Shown one piece after another: positions 55,442-63,879 of a DNA stretch of 64,000 nt. The stretch lies in NCBI GenBank assembly GCA_964600575.1, contig CAZRJH010000002.1, positions 124,298-188,297 of the forward strand. Reading direction: 5' to 3'. A program made the position numbers and the translations under genes. Under the pieces are notes generated by a model. It was not told the origin of the DNA. It ran no database searches and saw only the letters and a program-made list of their open reading frames with translations. Position 1 is the stretch's first letter, and every line of letters starts with the position of its first letter. The DNA comes from an uncultured Gammaproteobacteria bacterium. GTDB taxonomy: Bacteria; Patescibacteriota; Microgenomatia; UBA8517.

Positions 55442-58156
55442 ATGGCAGGTGGACCCGAACAGGGCGGAATGGACCCCAAACTAGAAGAAGCTCTCAAAAT
55501 GGAGATGTCTTTGCGTAACGAACAATCTAGGGGCATGTATTTGTCCGATTTGGACAGATTTAAAAAGAGTCTTACCGAACTAGATATGGCCAAAACAGAG
55601 GAGGAGAGAGAAATGGCCAGGGAGCGTGCCTACGAGCATTTTGACGAGATCAAAAAACAAGAGCTGGGTCACCTTGAATTTATAACAGACAAACATATGA
55701 GTTTTGAGTTTGCGTTCCCTTACGACTCCAGACAAGGCGCTGTCTGGTTTATGGCAATGCGAAGGGATTTAGAGGATACGCTTGCCCTAGACGAAGACCA
55801 TGGAGGGTTCAAAGAAGATAGTGAGGCTAGAAAGTGGGTAGAAAACTTATATGACGCTGTTGTTTGGGGTGATGGAAATTATGGTGTACAGGAAGGCTTG
55901 AATACAATTAATTATTACTTCGGAGGATTCGACGCAATGGCTGCAGGGCTTCAGTCAATGAAACTTAGAATCACATCCACAAAGATGGCGGATGCAAACT
56001 CCAGAGATGTTAGAGGTGCTGGTTCAAATGAAAAAAGTGCAGAAGGTCTAATGGTAGCGAAAGGAAAGGTTTTGGGTAGTAAAAAGCTTGAAGTTCCTCA
56101 TACATACTTCGATAAAAAACTAAAGAAGAAGGTTACCGAAACAAGACAGGTCGATTGGTTAGTTAAACAAAAAGAGGCGGTTGAAAATATTAGGGAAATT
56201 GGCGTAAGCGGACAAGACGAGTTTTATTATTGGAGAAATCTTGTTGCAGCAGTTGCTCAGTATGATTATGCACAGCCCAACAAGGATGGCTTAATGCGTG
56301 CCAATAAGGTTAGACAAGGACTGGAGGTTGATTTTGTGGTTCAGCTTTTTGGCAAAAAAGAAGCTGACGGAAGGACTCCAAAGATGGTTGCTAGTGAAAA
56401 AGGTGTGGCTCCTGACTCAATCTTAAGTTTCTTTACAATGGCTGACACAAAGAAAAACAGACGTGAATACAGGCAGCTTATGATGGCTTTAATGGAATGC
56501 AAAGCTATGGATAAGTTAGCTGCGTGCAACGAAGAAACTGATCCCAACAAACCTCCGCGAGTAAACTTGGCCCAAATGCAAGTTTTACTTAACGAGGTTA
56601 AGGATGCTAAAGACAGGATAGCGAAAAGAGAACAAAAGAAGGCTCCTTCTACAGAAGATAGAATCAGATCTGTGGTAGTTAAAAATGGTTTGATTTTTGA
56701 TATTGCTTCGGGCGGCTCCGGTCCTATGGCTTGGCAGTTTGAGTATAAAATGACCAGGAACAAAAGGGGTAAGGATGGCAAGGTAATCCCTGGAACCGGC
56801 AGGATGGTAAGAAGAGTAGATTTTGGAGGCATCAATCAAGCAGGAGATTGGTACACACCTGAGTTTTGGCTACTTCATAACCTTCTCTACGACAAAACAA
56901 GCAGACTCAGGTCCAAAAAAATGCTTGCGACTCCTGATAGGTATCGAAAGGCGGTTCTGCAGGAAAAAAGTCCTTTCGAAAAACCTTTATATTCTCTAGA
57001 AGAAGCTAAAAAAATTGATCCTTGGCAATATAACGAAGTACAAAAAATTGTTGCGGAAGATGATGAGGAGATATTGGTTAGTGGTGACGACGACATGTTT
57101 GATCTTTTTATGGCAGGAGGCCTTAACGAAAAACAAAAGGCCGACATGCGAAAGGCGGGAAGACTCATGAAAGCCGGTGATTGGAGGGAGCAAAATAAAT
57201 TTAGAATAGATCCTGTTATAAGAGAGGCTCTCAAAGACGCAGTTTGGTTCCAGGAAATACCATATCCGATTGGAACCAATTCTGACGGCTCGCCCGTCTT
57301 CCCGCTTTTTGCTACATTTATCCCTCCCAGGTTTAAGATGAGCTTTTTTGACCATGTTAAAACGAGGGATGAAAAAGGAAGGCAGGTTACAATGCAAGAT
57401 AGGCTAAGAAACGCAGACTTAAAGCTTTCTGAAGTTGACTATGAGAACGACCTAAAAGAACATCAGTGGGATAGGTGGCTTGTGAACATGAACATGGGTG
57501 AACGTTTGTTGAGGTTTGCTGCAGAACCGGGTGATCCAAGAGCAGAAGAAGCTATCCTTGGAGGGACCGGAACACTCAAGGAGGGAATCAAAAGAACGGG
57601 ACTTCACAACAGAGACTCGTTTTATGCGTACGAAGTAGAGGTTCCTGATGCAAGTGCTCCCGGAGGTAAACGTAAAGAAACCCGTTATGCACCGGGGTCG
57701 TTTTTTGAATTAGTTTTAGTCGGCCAAATGAATATGTTGCATGCAGTTAAAGGTAATCCAAGAGCGAGAGATGCATCCGACGCAATTCCAACCGACCTTA
57801 TCAGCCCTGCAATAGAGGACGATGAGTTCTCCAACAGGTGGGAGAACATTGTTATGCCTGAGTATATTAATGCGGCTAAGTATTTGACTCCCGACACAGG
57901 CGAAGATGAGGGAACTCCTGAGTTTTACAACGAAACCTTGGCAATATTAATGGCTGTGACGGGCAATTCACTTTTTAGAATGGCACTTGAAGGGGGATCT
58001 AACTCTGTACACGACAAGATGGTTGTCGTTAATCAACTAAGAACAATGAAAGTTGACCGAAAGAAGCGTTTGGTTAAGAGAGGAGCGGTTAACTTTACAG
58101 AGAACAATCCCAATACTCAGCTCTCTGCAAAAGTTGCTTACTCTAGTAGAAAATAA
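55442..58156 (+). CDS. 904-aa soluble protein of unknown function, encoded antisense to the T4SS-like operons
   Basis: Long clean ORF with no TM, P-loop or relaxase His-triad seen by eye. Rich in Arg/Asp/Glu/Met/Trp. A promoter-like TTGACT-N17-TATAGG and a TATAAT lie upstream. Confidence 0.7.
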   Translation: MAGGPEQGGMDPKLEEALKMEMSLRNEQSRGMYLSDLDRFKKSLTELDMAKTEEEREMARERAYEHFDEIKKQELGHLEFITDKHMSFEFAFPYDSRQGAVWFMAMRRDLEDTLALDEDHGGFKEDSEARKWVENLYDAVVWGDGNYGVQEGLNTINYYFGGFDAMAAGLQSMKLRITSTKMADANSRDVRGAGSNEKSAEGLMVAKGKVLGSKKLEVPHTYFDKKLKKKVTETRQVDWLVKQKEAVENIREIGVSGQDEFYYWRNLVAAVAQYDYAQPNKDGLMRANKVRQGLEVDFVVQLFGKKEADGRTPKMVASEKGVAPDSILSFFTMADTKKNRREYRQLMMALMECKAMDKLAACNEETDPNKPPRVNLAQMQVLLNEVKDAKDRIAKREQKKAPSTEDRIRSVVVKNGLIFDIASGGSGPMAWQFEYKMTRNKRGKDGKVIPGTGRMVRRVDFGGINQAGDWYTPEFWLLHNLLYDKTSRLRSKKMLATPDRYRKAVLQEKSPFEKPLYSLEEAKKIDPWQYNEVQKIVAEDDEEILVSGDDDMFDLFMAGGLNEKQKADMRKAGRLMKAGDWREQNKFRIDPVIREALKDAVWFQEIPYPIGTNSDGSPVFPLFATFIPPRFKMSFFDHVKTRDEKGRQVTMQDRLRNADLKLSEVDYENDLKEHQWDRWLVNMNMGERLLRFAAEPGDPRAEEAILGGTGTLKEGIKRTGLHNRDSFYAYEVEVPDASAPGGKRKETRYAPGSFFELVLVGQMNMLHAVKGNPRARDASDAIPTDLISPAIEDDEFSNRWENIVMPEYINAAKYLTPDTGEDEGTPEFYNETLAILMAVTGNSLFRMALEGGSNSVHDKMVVVNQLRTMKVDRKKRLVKRGAVNFTENNPNTQLSAKVAYSSRK

Positions 58157-58205
58157 CTTCTGAAGCTTTTAATCCGGTAAAAAGGTGGTTGGAACAAACA
58201 AGTTT

Positions 58206-60020
58206 TTAGTGTCTTTCTGTCCCACTTTTAACGTTCTTGACGACACTGTCAACTCTATCGCCAACATACCTGTTCTGTCGTAGTTTTTCAACAGATCTCT
58301 GCAAGAAGTCGAGCTTGCTCATGTCAGTTCTATTCGCTTCCCAGTCTCTCATATACTTAGCCAATCCTTCTTGGCTGTTAAGTTTTCTAAGCATTTCCAC
58401 TCTATCACGAGCACCCGATGCGCCATATGCCCAACCGACAGGTGCCAAAGCTTCGCCTATCGCAGTTCCATATGCAAACGGCCTGCCGCTCATAAGACCT
58501 TGCAGGACCTCTGTTGCTTTTGGAATTAATGTAAATAGTACAAAGCTTACACCGAGCATTAAAAGCCCTGTTCCGCCGCCTGTAGAGGCGCTGGCACTCA
58601 AAAGGGGAGGCCATGCAGAGTTGTATACAAAGAATCCTCCAACATTCGCGATTGTGGATTGTCCAAATAAAAAGCCTAATATTCCTGTTCCAAGATTACT
58701 ACCAAGCCCCTCCCAGGCCAAAACAACTCCTTGTTCCAAAAAGACATACGAGAAAAATATTAAAACACTTGTGAGAACAAAAACCCCCAAGTTAGTAGCA
58801 TAACTTCTTAACCAAGCCCCGAATCCGAAACTGGGGAACATGACGCCGGCGACAATTTGAACAGGTGCAAATATAGTTAAAAGAATTATGTTGGTAAAGG
58901 CTTTTAATAGTCCGAACATCGTCTTAAACAATTGAACAATGATTACGATGACTATAACTATAGCCAAAACTATAACTATAATTCCGGTAATAGGGGTTAA
59001 GATTGCAAACAAGGGTGCCAAAATAGTACCAACAACTCCAATGACGGCGGCTCCTAGCACCCCAACTGTTAAGAAGAGAGTAATAATGAGTGATATTGGG
59101 AACAAGACAAGATAAATTAATAAAAGTCCGAGTAGTCCTAACTCGACACCACCACCACCTCCACCAACTCTACCTGCGGTGATGAATTCGAACACAGTGG
59201 AAGCAGAAACGCTTCCACCAAATGGAATAAAGCCTTTTCCTAACAGTGCAAACAAACCATAAAGAACGTACATCAAATCGATCATAAAACCCGCAATAGC
59301 ATAGGAGAAAGTTACTAAAATCAAGGCACCGATTAGCTTGGGAAGTGCTGTTTGCACAGAGATAACAACTTGTGGCGAAATTTTGACTCTAAACATTATC
59401 ATAAATGCAAAAGCGATCGCTGCTATAACAAAAAGACCGAAAGCTAAATCTCTTGATGTTTGCCACATTGCTTGAACAGGTTGTAATGCGTTGAATCCAA
59501 AACCTACAACTTGTGCATGCGCTTCGGGAACTATGCTAAAGTTGTTTACTTTCTGTCGAACATAGTTAACTCCAGACATTGGCCTGTTTTTGTCAAAAAT
59601 TAAACTCAAAAGTGGCTTTTCGGGAGCCTTTGGCCTATTTGCCATTTCCTGAAGTTGTTCCGGTGTTGCCGAAAGTAAGCTGGCACAAGCATTAACATTG
59701 GCTGAGTTTTTAAACAGACAGCTTAAAAGTTTTTGATTGCTGGTTTGATTAACCAAAAAAGAAAGAAGTCCGTAAACAACCCATTGAACCTGGGCTGCGG
59801 TATATCTTTCTCCAAAAATTTCACTTTGGTTGCTGTCGTCGTAAACTTTGGAATACCAATCCTGGAAGCTGGAGTTATACCAAGTGCCAGCTGGGGCAGG
59901 GGTGGGGGCTGCAGCTTTTGCCGCCATAAAAGGCGCAAAAGAAAATAGCATTACCCAAGCTGCCATCAAAGAAATTAAGAACTTTTTTAATAACATGTGA
60001 GATTTAAGAAAGAAAGGCAT
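58206..60020 (-). CDS. VirB6/TrbL-like polytopic T4SS channel protein (putative)
   Basis: 604 aa. A signal peptide and a ~170-aa external domain are followed by ≥6 TM helices with Gly-rich loops (GGGGGVELG) and a cytoplasmic C-tail. The assignment rests on topology and context. Confidence 0.45.
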   Translation of the reverse strand: MPFFLKSHMLLKKFLISLMAAWVMLFSFAPFMAAKAAAPTPAPAGTWYNSSFQDWYSKVYDDSNQSEIFGERYTAAQVQWVVYGLLSFLVNQTSNQKLLSCLFKNSANVNACASLLSATPEQLQEMANRPKAPEKPLLSLIFDKNRPMSGVNYVRQKVNNFSIVPEAHAQVVGFGFNALQPVQAMWQTSRDLAFGLFVIAAIAFAFMIMFRVKISPQVVISVQTALPKLIGALILVTFSYAIAGFMIDLMYVLYGLFALLGKGFIPFGGSVSASTVFEFITAGRVGGGGGGVELGLLGLLLIYLVLFPISLIITLFLTVGVLGAAVIGVVGTILAPLFAILTPITGIIVIVLAIVIVIVIIVQLFKTMFGLLKAFTNIILLTIFAPVQIVAGVMFPSFGFGAWLRSYATNLGVFVLTSVLIFFSYVFLEQGVVLAWEGLGSNLGTGILGFLFGQSTIANVGGFFVYNSAWPPLLSASASTGGGTGLLMLGVSFVLFTLIPKATEVLQGLMSGRPFAYGTAIGEALAPVGWAYGASGARDRVEMLRKLNSQEGLAKYMRDWEANRTDMSKLDFLQRSVEKLRQNRYVGDRVDSVVKNVKSGTERH

Positions 60021-60036
60021 TAAAAGTATTATATAG

Positions 60037-60083
60037 CAAACTCAGAATAAAATGGAATTTTTTCAGCTTGTATTCTGAGTTTG
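60037..60083. repeat. 13-bp perfect inverted repeat (CAAACTCAGAATA...TATTCTGAGTTTG) between the Cys-rich secreted-protein gene and the VirB6-like gene
   Basis: Read directly from the sequence. The loop is 21 nt. On the minus strand a TATAAT lies just downstream. Confidence 0.55.
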
Positions 60084-60169
60084 ATATATAGAAACTCTGT
60101 GCTTGTCAAACAAAATTTTCTGAAATTTTGTATTAAAGTGACTATATCAACTTGTGTTTGTATTTAAAA

Positions 60170-62839
60170 TCAGTTTCCGTGAGCAACATCCCAGACACAA
60201 GCATTGTGACTCTGGCTTGAATAACGGTTGCTGATTGTTTCGCAGGTATCTCCAACAGGGCAGGCGGCAGCTAGTCCTCCCAAAGCACATCCATTTTCCA
60301 CAGTCATACACATACTTGTATAACCGCTTTCGTAGACTTTTATGGCAGACTCGTATTGTTCATCCGTCCAGCTACAAGAGGAGGGTACGGGCGCACTTAG
60401 TTTTATTCCAAAACAAGTTGGGGGAAGGCCGCCGCCGCCATCTGCACTGTCGTGAAGGTTATAGGCCGCCGCGAATATTGCATCCAACAAATTACATTGA
60501 CTAAATTCTTTTCTGGCAGGATCGATTTTTTGCAGGTCGGCTTTTATTTTGGGAACTGTTCTTTCGAAAACGGTTCCGTTAAAGCCCATAAAATGATCAT
60601 CTCCGGTCTCATTACATCCAGGAATCTTGGTGCATGTTGCCCAATTTTTAACATTTTGATCCGTCCATTCGTATCTTCCTGGGTTAAAAAGACCTTCTCC
60701 AAACATTTGAGCCACTAATAAATTTGGCGGTACCTTGTATGTTTGTGCAGCCGCAGAAATAATATCTTCCAGTGACTTGGGTAAGTTTCCAACTCTGGAG
60801 CTTACCCCTCCTAATTGACAAGAACCCGAGGCTTTGGGGAGTTCCGGAAGCTCTCCGCAAACAACATTTGTGCAGGATTGTCCGTTAACAGGCTGAGCTC
60901 CGCCGTAACCTTTTGGCCTTAAAGCTGTTTGGATTCCGTTTAAAAAATATTCTAAAACTCCCCCGTAATGCGGGTAGAAAACTTTTGCTTCTAAAGCATC
61001 CGTCTTGTTTGCAAACGATCCCATGCGGCTGTCATCGGGAAGTATCACCTGTGTAAGCCTTATTCCCTGACTACTTGGATCGGTAATTTTATAAGTTGCT
61101 TTGGATTCGGCAGGAATATCTGCAATACAAGACACAGGAGCATTCGCACCTGTTTTTGGGTACATTCTTCTAAATATTGCGTCAGGACCTGCTACAGTGT
61201 TATTCCATATTTCGTCCGCAAATGGGGTTTTGCTTACAGTAGGGATTGTTGCGTAAACTTCGGATTCACAAGTTGCAACCATTTCACAAACCGTTTGACC
61301 ATATGTTGGGCTTGTGGGATTGTTGTCTTCTCGACATTCTTCGTGTGGTTCACTACACTGAATTTCGCCGACATCGTATTGGACATCAACTTCTATCCAT
61401 TTTTTGGGAGACTCAAAGTTAACATCGTCCCCGGGGTTGCTTCTGGAATTTAATATTTTACAAGGGGCTCTGTTAACTTCGACATCGCTCAAGCTTGAAG
61501 CCGCGGCGTTTGAAGAACCACCAGCCGGTGCCATTGGAACGAAGGTCTTTTTTAACAAGCTGGTAAGTTCGTTGTTTTCGTCTGCATGGGGAAACCACTG
61601 ACGAAATGCCGGTTTGATAATTTGGTAGTCCGATTCTACTATTTCGGCTTTGGCTGCACTCACATGTGCAAAAAGAACCATATGTCCTCCTGGTATGTCT
61701 CTATTGTTGGCAAGGGGGATGTAGGGGAATAGGTCAGCATATTTATTGGGAACGAGCAAATTTTCGAAACAGGCAAGTCTATCGATAATCGGAAGAATAA
61801 AACAGGTTTGACCCCTCCATTCGTAATATGCTTTTTGATAATCTACATTTCTTGCGAACGGTTTTCCTGTGCCATCATCCCAAGGAAGCGGCGGTCGTCT
61901 AAGATTCCAGTGGTTACCGATTGAAGCTTCGATTGCACCCGTAGAAACAAAAGGAAAGAGAACATTGTAAGCATTTACTGCGGTCCTGATGGTGGCGTTT
62001 GATAAAACATTAAATATGGATAAATTACCGTTCCAGTCTTTGAGTCTGTAAACATCGCCGCTTGCCCCGGCACCTCCGCCTTTGTAACACTCCTTAGGGG
62101 TTGTTTTACCGACATTAAACAGGTCTACAATCCAGCCCAAAAGGCCACCTCCGCCTTCACCTGCACAAACTACAATTTGATTGTGGTTCATTTTGTCGGG
62201 CGAAGATTCGCCTGTTTCGTCGTCTGTTGCGCTTGTCGATTCGTCGGGGGATTCTATTGTTTTTACTCTTGCAGCGTCTTGAATTACAGAAGGTAGGAGT
62301 CTCCTAAGAGGCCCGGAATAGTTAACTTGTTGGGAGATGTCGCTTTTTGGGTATTCCGCTTTGTCGCTGACACCGTTAAGGTACCAAGCAACATAGTCGT
62401 TAACTTTTGTTCCGTCGTCCATTGTGCCAGTGCCATTAACGCTATTAGAAGTTAACTCTGTGTTTCCCATGATAGGGAGTTCCGCATCCAACATTTCTAC
62501 AGCAATCTTCTTTTCGTAGTGAGTTATTGTTGGGGTGCATGTTGGATCGCCTTTGTAAGGACATTTGACTGTGTTTAGATATATAACTACAGCGTTTCCG
62601 CACCAATAAGTTTTTGGAGCATCGCCACAAGGAGAGGCTTGGTATGGGCGACCACTACTGTATTCGGGATTCTTTTCGTCTTCACAGGGAATGTTTCCTG
62701 ATCTTGGAATTGCATCGGCCGCATTGAGCGTGTTTATTTGGAGCGTTAAAAAAACAAAAGCAACACCAAGAACTAAAGTTGTTAACGAATAAAGCAAACT
62801 AATAAGTTTTTCCGGTTTTTGGAGTTTTTTGTTCTGCAT
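60170..62839 (-). CDS. Secreted Cys-rich 889-aa protein with a C-terminal lysozyme-like/lytic-transglycosylase-like region (VirB1/PrgK-like candidate)
   Basis: N-terminal signal/TM. More than 40 Cys. LLVAQMFGEGLFNPGRYEW resembles the SLT motif LLAAIAYQESRFNPNA, with Gly in place of the catalytic-adjacent Ser. Confidence 0.55.
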   Translation of the reverse strand: MQNKKLQKPEKLISLLYSLTTLVLGVAFVFLTLQINTLNAADAIPRSGNIPCEDEKNPEYSSGRPYQASPCGDAPKTYWCGNAVVIYLNTVKCPYKGDPTCTPTITHYEKKIAVEMLDAELPIMGNTELTSNSVNGTGTMDDGTKVNDYVAWYLNGVSDKAEYPKSDISQQVNYSGPLRRLLPSVIQDAARVKTIESPDESTSATDDETGESSPDKMNHNQIVVCAGEGGGGLLGWIVDLFNVGKTTPKECYKGGGAGASGDVYRLKDWNGNLSIFNVLSNATIRTAVNAYNVLFPFVSTGAIEASIGNHWNLRRPPLPWDDGTGKPFARNVDYQKAYYEWRGQTCFILPIIDRLACFENLLVPNKYADLFPYIPLANNRDIPGGHMVLFAHVSAAKAEIVESDYQIIKPAFRQWFPHADENNELTSLLKKTFVPMAPAGGSSNAAASSLSDVEVNRAPCKILNSRSNPGDDVNFESPKKWIEVDVQYDVGEIQCSEPHEECREDNNPTSPTYGQTVCEMVATCESEVYATIPTVSKTPFADEIWNNTVAGPDAIFRRMYPKTGANAPVSCIADIPAESKATYKITDPSSQGIRLTQVILPDDSRMGSFANKTDALEAKVFYPHYGGVLEYFLNGIQTALRPKGYGGAQPVNGQSCTNVVCGELPELPKASGSCQLGGVSSRVGNLPKSLEDIISAAAQTYKVPPNLLVAQMFGEGLFNPGRYEWTDQNVKNWATCTKIPGCNETGDDHFMGFNGTVFERTVPKIKADLQKIDPARKEFSQCNLLDAIFAAAYNLHDSADGGGGLPPTCFGIKLSAPVPSSCSWTDEQYESAIKVYESGYTSMCMTVENGCALGGLAAACPVGDTCETISNRYSSQSHNACVWDVAHGN

Positions 62840-62852
62840 CTGGCATCTTGTT

Positions 62853-63137
62853 TTATCTGAGCATCAAGTTGAATTGTGTAAGATTGCGGACACCTGTTAT
62901 GTTTCCAATGATAACTAAAACAAGGAAGGAGAGGAGTATGACTATAAGGCCTCCGATTGCGTAAGTCATTGTTTTTTGTGCCCCTTCGATTGCCTTTGGA
63001 TCTCCTCCGGAGGTGATATATTTGATTCCTCCCATAACCAGAAAAACAAATAGGATTATTCCTGCAAAAGTAAGAAAGCTTCTAACTAGACTCTCAAATA
63101 TTTTACTGAGGTCCGATATGGTGGCTATTCCATTCAT
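62853..63137 (-). CDS. VirB2/TrbC-like T4SS pilin paralog 1
   Basis: 94 aa with two hydrophobic helices flanking GGIKYITSGGDPKAIEGAQKT. Confidence 0.55.
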   Translation of the reverse strand: MNGIATISDLSKIFESLVRSFLTFAGIILFVFLVMGGIKYITSGGDPKAIEGAQKTMTYAIGGLIVILLSFLVLVIIGNITGVRNLTQFNLMLR

Positions 63138-63189
63138 AACAACAATTTTATTACAAACGAAACTTTAAAGCTATATCTACAAAAAGAGA

Positions 63190-63519
63190 TTATACAGAGG
63201 GGATAACCAAGGAGAAGATATCGATGTGGAAGAATGTGTTGATTAAAGCAACAATTGCCCAGGCTGCGAAAACTATAACCAAGCCTACTAAAGCTGCTGT
63301 AATTTGATTTCTAGCAGACTCCGTTTGAGCTTTGTCTCCGCCTGAAGCAATCCATTTGATACCTCCAATGACCAAAATAAAGAAGAAGACGATAGCTGCT
63401 ACAACTACTGTGAGTCTGATTAATGCCGAAATAAGACCAGGAATAGTAAGTTTGGCCAAAGGAGCAAACTGGGTTCCTTCACCCGGCTGCAAATTAATTT
63501 GTGCTAAAAGGTTGTTCAT
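63190..63519 (-). CDS. VirB2/TrbC-like T4SS pilin paralog 2
   Basis: 109 aa with the motif IGGIKWIASGGDKAQTESARNQITAALVGLVIVFAAWAIVALI. Confidence 0.55.
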   Translation of the reverse strand: MNNLLAQINLQPGEGTQFAPLAKLTIPGLISALIRLTVVVAAIVFFFILVIGGIKWIASGGDKAQTESARNQITAALVGLVIVFAAWAIVALINTFFHIDIFSLVIPSV

Positions 63520-63526
63520 ATGTATA

Positions 63527-63874
63527 TTATCGAATCCCTAGTGCCGCAATGTCAAGAGTCAGAATGTGTATATGGAAGAACGACTCTATAACTTTAATTA
63601 ATGCGAAAGCTGCAAAAGCCAAAACCATGCCTACCAAAGCGTTTGTAATCCTTGCTCGGGCGGTTTCAAGTGCTTGTTTGTCTCCGTTAGACGAAATCCA
63701 TTGGATTGATCCCAAGATGAGCATGAAGAAAAAGATAACTGAGCCGATTAAAAAGGCCATGCCAATAGCGGCCGGAACGGCTTTTTGAAAATAACTCTCA
63801 CCTGTGTTGTTTTCTAGTTGTCCAAGTGCAGGATTGCCGATTACCCCCGATGCTGCTGCTATTAAGTTGTTCAT
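63527..63874 (-). CDS. VirB2/TrbC-like T4SS pilin paralog 3
   Basis: 115 aa with the motif ILGSIQWISSNGDKQALETARARITNALVGMVLAFAAFALIKVI. Confidence 0.55.
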   Translation of the reverse strand: MNNLIAAASGVIGNPALGQLENNTGESYFQKAVPAAIGMAFLIGSVIFFFMLILGSIQWISSNGDKQALETARARITNALVGMVLAFAAFALIKVIESFFHIHILTLDIAALGIR

Positions 63875-63879
63875 ATTTG

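Noticed and set aside
56341-57397. Minus-strand ORFs of 130-164 aa
   Set aside because: They are fully contained antisense within the uninterrupted 904-aa plus-strand ORF, and have no independent support.
58237-58803. 188-aa plus-strand ORF
   Set aside because: It is antisense within the VirB6-like polytopic gene, and its Pro/Ser-rich translation is a compositional artefact.
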